Part shown: positions 59,746 through 64,000 of the stretch, one piece after another
Numbering within the stretch: position 1 is the stretch's first letter
How the letters are laid out: each line of letters begins with the position of its first letter
Source: Promethearchaeia archaeon
GTDB taxonomy: Archaea > Asgardarchaeota > Lokiarchaeia > Sigyniarchaeales > SOKP01
NCBI GenBank assembly: GCA_029856155.1
Contig: JAHQWL010000072.1
Span: 32,001-96,000 of the forward strand
Reading direction: 5' to 3'
DNA: 64,000 nt
The notes under the pieces: model-generated
Database searches by the model: none
What the model saw: only the letters and a program-made list of their open reading frames with translations
Told to the model about the DNA's origin: nothing
Translations under genes and position numbers: made by a program

Positions 59746-61725
59746 ATGTCTAAAGAAGAAAGAATGGAAAGTATTCTAACGGAAAATCGAATTTTTAATC
59801 CCATTGATCTAAATCCTAAATTTGCAAAAACTGGGATGACAATGGATGAATATAAAAAACTTTATACACAATCAATAGAAGATATGGAAGGCTTCTGGGA
59901 TGAACAAGCAAAATCTATAGATTGGTTCAAACCCTACGATAAAGTTTGGGAAAAAACTGATCTATTTCCTGGTAAATGGTTTGTTGGTGGAAAACTTAAT
60001 GTAAGTTATAACGCTTTAGATAGGCATGTTAAAGCTGGAAAAGGAGATAAAATTGCGCTAATCTGGGAAGCAGACGAACCTGGAAATGTAAGAAAATTTA
60101 CTTATAAAGCCCTTTTGAAAGAAGTTAGTAAAGTTGCTAATAGAATGAAAAAGTTAGGATTGAAAAAAGGAGATCGAGTGACTATATGGTTACCTATGAT
60201 TCCTGAGCTTGCGATCATCATGCTAGCTTGCGCTCGAATAGGTGTGATTCATTCAATTGTATTTGGTGGATTCTCGAAAGAAGCTGTTAAAGGTAGAATT
60301 GAAGATTCTAATTCTCGAATACTATTCACGAGTGATGAAACCTTAAGAGCTGGGAAATTTTACCCAAAAATGGAAGATGTCGTTCAAATTATCAATGATG
60401 TTCCTACTATAGAACACGTTGTTGTTGTACAACGTTCTGGAAGAGAGATATCCCATACTGAAAAGGATATTTGGTATCATGACTTTATTGATGGTATGAG
60501 CGAAGAATGTGAACCCGAAGCTATGGATTCTGAAGATACATTATTTATTTTATATACAAGCGGAACAACTGGAAAACCCAAAGGAGTAAAACATACTACT
60601 GCAGGATATACACTATATACTTCATTTACTCACAGAGTTGTTTTTAATTATCATGAAAAAGATATCTGGTATTGTACTGCTGATATTGGATGGATAACGG
60701 GGCATTCTTACATAGTTTATGGGCCATTAGTAAATGGTGCTACATCATTAATGTTCGAAGGTGTTCCAACGTATCCAGATGTTGATCGATTTTGGGATAT
60801 TGTCGAACGTCATAAAGTAACTCATTTTTATACAGCACCCACTGCAATACGTGCTTTAATGAGATATGGTGATGAACCAGTAAAAAAACATAACTTAAGT
60901 TCATTAAAAGTGCTTGGAACTGTTGGTGAACCAATAAATCCAGAAGCTTGGACTTGGTATCATCGAGTAATAGGTAAAGAACGCTGTCCAATTGTTGATA
61001 CCTACTGGCAAACTGAAACTGGAGGATTTATTATGACTCCAATAGCTACTGCAACTCCTACAAAACCGGGATCTTGCTGTGTACCATTTTTGGGGATTAA
61101 ACCGGTGATCTTTGATTTAGAGGGTGAAGTGATTACAGAACCAAACGAAGGTGGATACTTAGCAATTGCTCAAAGTTGGCCGGGTATGTTACGCGATGTT
61201 TGGGGTGATACTGAGAGATTTAAATCAACTTATCTCGAAAAATATCCTGGGCATTATTACACAGGTGATGGAGCTCGACGAGATGAAGATGGATATTACT
61301 GGATTTTAGGTAGACTTGATGATGTTATTAAAGTGTCAGGACATAGAATAGGTACTATGGAAGTCGAGTCTGCTCTTGTAAGCCACCCTAATGTTGCAGA
61401 AGCTGCTGTTGCTCCTTTTCCTCACAAAATCAAAGGTCAAGCAATTTGGGCATTTGTGACTTTAATTCAGGGAGTCCAAAAATCAGCTAAATTAGCTAAT
61501 GAAATCAGGATGCATGTAAGAACAGAAATAGGACCTGTTTTCCAACCAGATGTAATTCAATTTGCTGATGACTTACCAAAAACTCGAAGTGGTAAGATAA
61601 TGAGGCGAATTTTAAAAGCAATTGCTGCAGGCACTGATATTGGAAATGTGACTACTTTAGCTGATCCTTCCGTTGTAGAATCTTTATTAGAGGAACGTAA
61701 AAAGATGGATGTAGAAATAGGTTAA
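59746..61725 (+). CDS. acs: AMP-forming acetyl-CoA synthetase
   Basis: YTSGTTGKPKG, VGEPINPEAW, DTYWQTETG, PKTRSGKIMRR. Confidence 0.98.
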   Translation: MSKEERMESILTENRIFNPIDLNPKFAKTGMTMDEYKKLYTQSIEDMEGFWDEQAKSIDWFKPYDKVWEKTDLFPGKWFVGGKLNVSYNALDRHVKAGKGDKIALIWEADEPGNVRKFTYKALLKEVSKVANRMKKLGLKKGDRVTIWLPMIPELAIIMLACARIGVIHSIVFGGFSKEAVKGRIEDSNSRILFTSDETLRAGKFYPKMEDVVQIINDVPTIEHVVVVQRSGREISHTEKDIWYHDFIDGMSEECEPEAMDSEDTLFILYTSGTTGKPKGVKHTTAGYTLYTSFTHRVVFNYHEKDIWYCTADIGWITGHSYIVYGPLVNGATSLMFEGVPTYPDVDRFWDIVERHKVTHFYTAPTAIRALMRYGDEPVKKHNLSSLKVLGTVGEPINPEAWTWYHRVIGKERCPIVDTYWQTETGGFIMTPIATATPTKPGSCCVPFLGIKPVIFDLEGEVITEPNEGGYLAIAQSWPGMLRDVWGDTERFKSTYLEKYPGHYYTGDGARRDEDGYYWILGRLDDVIKVSGHRIGTMEVESALVSHPNVAEAAVAPFPHKIKGQAIWAFVTLIQGVQKSAKLANEIRMHVRTEIGPVFQPDVIQFADDLPKTRSGKIMRRILKAIAAGTDIGNVTTLADPSVVESLLEERKKMDVEIG

Positions 61726-61976
61726 ATTTCTAATTTTTTATAATTTTTTTTTATTTTAATATCTATTTGTAACTTAGATATCGATAAATCTAATCATAAA
61801 TATAAACATGATAATTGAATTAGAAATTGATTCAACTAAAAAAAAGAATAAAAACGTTTTGAAAAGTAGTTAAAAATCAATTTAAAAATTATAAAGTAAA
61901 TTCCATTTCTTTATTATAACCTATGAGATAACATAATATTTTTAAATTAAAGGATTGAACTAATATTATATTGATT

Positions 61977-62612
61977 ATGAAAGAAGAAGAATTGTTAGAT
62001 AAATTAAAAAACGCAATTTTGAAAGGAGATCCACATGAAACAATTAATTTAGTTAATAATTCTATTAAAATGGGAATACAAGCCAAAGAGATTTTGAATA
62101 AAGCAATTCTTAAAGGTGCTGAAGAAGCTGGGAATTTATATGAAGAGGGTGAATATTTTCTTCCTGATTTGCTAATGACCGGTGATTCCATTACCGCCGC
62201 TACTGAAATATTAAAGAATTCATTAAATGAAAAATCTGAAATAGAATCTAAAGGTACTATTTTAATTGGAACAGTAGAAGGTGATATCCATGATATCGGC
62301 AAAAGTTTGGTAGTCTCACTATTAAAAGGGCAAGGTTTTGATGTTGTTGATTTAGGATCTGATGTTCCACCAGAAAAGTTTCTTCGAAAAGCAAAAGAAA
62401 TAAATCCCAAACTGATAGGATTGAGTGGATTAATGACAATGAGCATCTCTAAAATGGTGGAAACAGTTAATTTACTTAAGAATGAAAATATACAGTCTCG
62501 AATAATCATTGGTGGTGGGATATTATCAAAAGAATCATGTGAAATGATAGGAGCAGATGACTTTGCCAAAGATGGTTGGGAAGGAGTTAAAAAAATAAAT
62601 AATTTAATTTGA
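61977..62612 (+). CDS. Corrinoid (B12-binding) methyl-carrier protein
   Basis: Cap domain GEYFLPDL; GDIHDIGK, DLG.DVP, LSGL, IIGGG, IGAD. Confidence 0.93.
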   Translation: MKEEELLDKLKNAILKGDPHETINLVNNSIKMGIQAKEILNKAILKGAEEAGNLYEEGEYFLPDLLMTGDSITAATEILKNSLNEKSEIESKGTILIGTVEGDIHDIGKSLVVSLLKGQGFDVVDLGSDVPPEKFLRKAKEINPKLIGLSGLMTMSISKMVETVNLLKNENIQSRIIIGGGILSKESCEMIGADDFAKDGWEGVKKINNLI

Positions 62613-62634
62613 ATCTAAGAGGTGTAAGAATAAA

Positions 62635-63714
62635 TTGACTAAAGATTGGGCTGCTTCTGTAAATAGAATATTTAGGACAATATCTGGATCAAAAAGAGTT
62701 GATAAAGTTCCTTTTCTTGCATTCGCCGGGGAACAAATGATTTGTCGAGTAACTGGTAAAACGGTGAAAGAATTATATAGTTCCCCAAAGGTTTATGCTA
62801 ATGCTATTATAACCACTTTTGAGTTTTTAAATACCGATTCTATAAATGTTCCAAGTGCCTACGCAGGACCAAGCGAAGCTTTAGCATTTGCGGAAGCGAA
62901 CAACAAATTAGATACAATTAAATGGTTTGATTATCAACCTCCAATGTGTAATCAAGGAGCGATTTGTAAATCGGAAGAAGATATTGAAAAACTGGAAATT
63001 CCAGATCATAGTAAGAATAATCTATGGAAAAACTCCTTACTAGCTGCAAAAATGATTAATGAAAAAATTAAATTTCCCCAGGTAATAAGCTTAAGTATTT
63101 GGTCTGTTGTCCAGGAGTTGCGTGGCATAGAAGCCTATAAGGATATGCGCCGAAATCCGGATTTGTTATTAAAACTGTGCGAAAAAATTTATGAATCTCA
63201 AATGGATATTTATGAGAATTGGCTTGAAATTGTGGGTATGCCTCCTAATGTTTTTATTGCAGGATATGCATTTAACCGTCATATGATGAGTTTTCAAGAT
63301 TCTATGCGCTATGAAGGTCAGTTCATTAAAAGGATGATGAATAAAATAAATGTTCCTTTCATGCTTCATAATTGTGGAACTTCACCATATTTCACAGAAG
63401 TTGTTAAAGAAATTAATTTTATTGCCGTTAATGGTAGTCATCCGTTAGATATTGAATATTGGATTGATTTTAAAAAGAAATATCCAAAAATTGTAATTAT
63501 AGGTGCTAATATTGACGTAAGTCGAGAAATGCTCACAGGAACTCCTTCTGATGTTGAAAAAAAGGTAAAAGAAAACATCTTAAACTTAGCTCCTGGGGGT
63601 AGATATATTTGTTGCCCTGTTTGTAGCTTACCATGGGGAGTACCTATTCCAAATATCTTAGCAATTCCAAAAGCAATTGAGAAATATGGACATTATCCCA
63701 TAAAAATAAATTAA
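62635..63714 (+). CDS. UROD/MtaA (MT2)-family methyltransferase
   Basis: DKVP, LRG, HNCG Zn motif, GT..DV, PGGRYICCPVC; follows the corrinoid protein; GAGGTG upstream of TTG. Confidence 0.8.
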   Translation: MTKDWAASVNRIFRTISGSKRVDKVPFLAFAGEQMICRVTGKTVKELYSSPKVYANAIITTFEFLNTDSINVPSAYAGPSEALAFAEANNKLDTIKWFDYQPPMCNQGAICKSEEDIEKLEIPDHSKNNLWKNSLLAAKMINEKIKFPQVISLSIWSVVQELRGIEAYKDMRRNPDLLLKLCEKIYESQMDIYENWLEIVGMPPNVFIAGYAFNRHMMSFQDSMRYEGQFIKRMMNKINVPFMLHNCGTSPYFTEVVKEINFIAVNGSHPLDIEYWIDFKKKYPKIVIIGANIDVSREMLTGTPSDVEKKVKENILNLAPGGRYICCPVCSLPWGVPIPNILAIPKAIEKYGHYPIKIN

Positions 63715-63760
63715 AATTTAAAATTCATCTAAAAATAATTCTCTTCCATTATTTTTTTTT

Positions 63761-63910
63761 CCTTAGATCCAATATGGTAAGATAATGTGAAGAATATTAA
63801 AAGCTATTACCGCTACCACTGATTTTGGAAATATAAAAAAACTAGCAGATCCGTTTGTTGTAGATGCTCTATTAGAACAACGTAAGAAAATGGATATAGA
63901 GATGGGTTAA
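63761..63910 (+). pseudogene. Decayed copy of the acs 3' end
   Basis: GKIM*RILKAITATTDFGNIKKLADPFVVDALLEQRKKMDIEMG*, colinear with 61576-61725. Confidence 0.85.
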
Positions 63911-64000
63911 TTTTTTTTTAATTTTATTTTTAAAAAATTTGCTTTTTCCTCAACCTTTTGCAAAAGTACCTATTGCGTATAGTAAATCTAATTTTTCTTT

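Noticed and set aside
61889-62569. 226-aa antisense ORF over the corrinoid gene
   Set aside because: Shadow of a well-supported CDS
1-64000. CRISPR arrays, tRNA/rRNA genes, inteins, proviral or defence genes
   Set aside because: No spaced repeats, GC-rich structured RNA islands, intein motifs or integrase/capsid/nuclease signatures seen by eye; small AT-rich ncRNAs could have been missed

Overview
AT-rich (roughly 30% GC by eye) archaeal chromosomal window, very probably from an Asgard archaeon of the Lokiarchaeia. That call is inferred from archaeal information-processing genes, several Rab/Arf-like small GTPases, a divergent EF-2 lacking the HRG diphthamide motif, and an STT3/AglB with eukaryote-like motifs. 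Housekeeping genes: eL42 (partial), eS27, TFS, PCNA-PriL-PriS-GINS, aIF2a-Nop10, EF-1a, Csl4/RpoL cluster, enolase, RFC-S, TruA, AglB, UvrB-UvrA, aIF5B, CCA enzyme, EF-2, EngB, Taw1, TFB. Metabolic genes: AOR, Acs, and a corrinoid protein/MT2 methyltransferase pair. I saw no rRNA, tRNA, CRISPR array or intact transposase. Best candidates for new biology: (1) a 1086-aa Rab-fold pseudo-GTPase fused to an alpha-solenoid; (2) a CoA-transferase that has lost its catalytic Glu, fused to a Pat-type GNAT and lying head-to-head with acs; (3) a module of two membrane proteins sharing a CxxC-x19-CxxC Zn ribbon plus a multi-wHTH regulator; (4) an extended Arf/Rag-like GTPase; (5) two genes that seem to need near-cognate start codons. 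Items missing from the ORF track: a 332-bp TIR-bounded IS relic between PCNA and PriL, a decayed copy of the acs 3' end, AKR and YbjQ-like gene relics, and two operator-like palindromes. All family assignments come from motif recognition by eye; no database searches were run.
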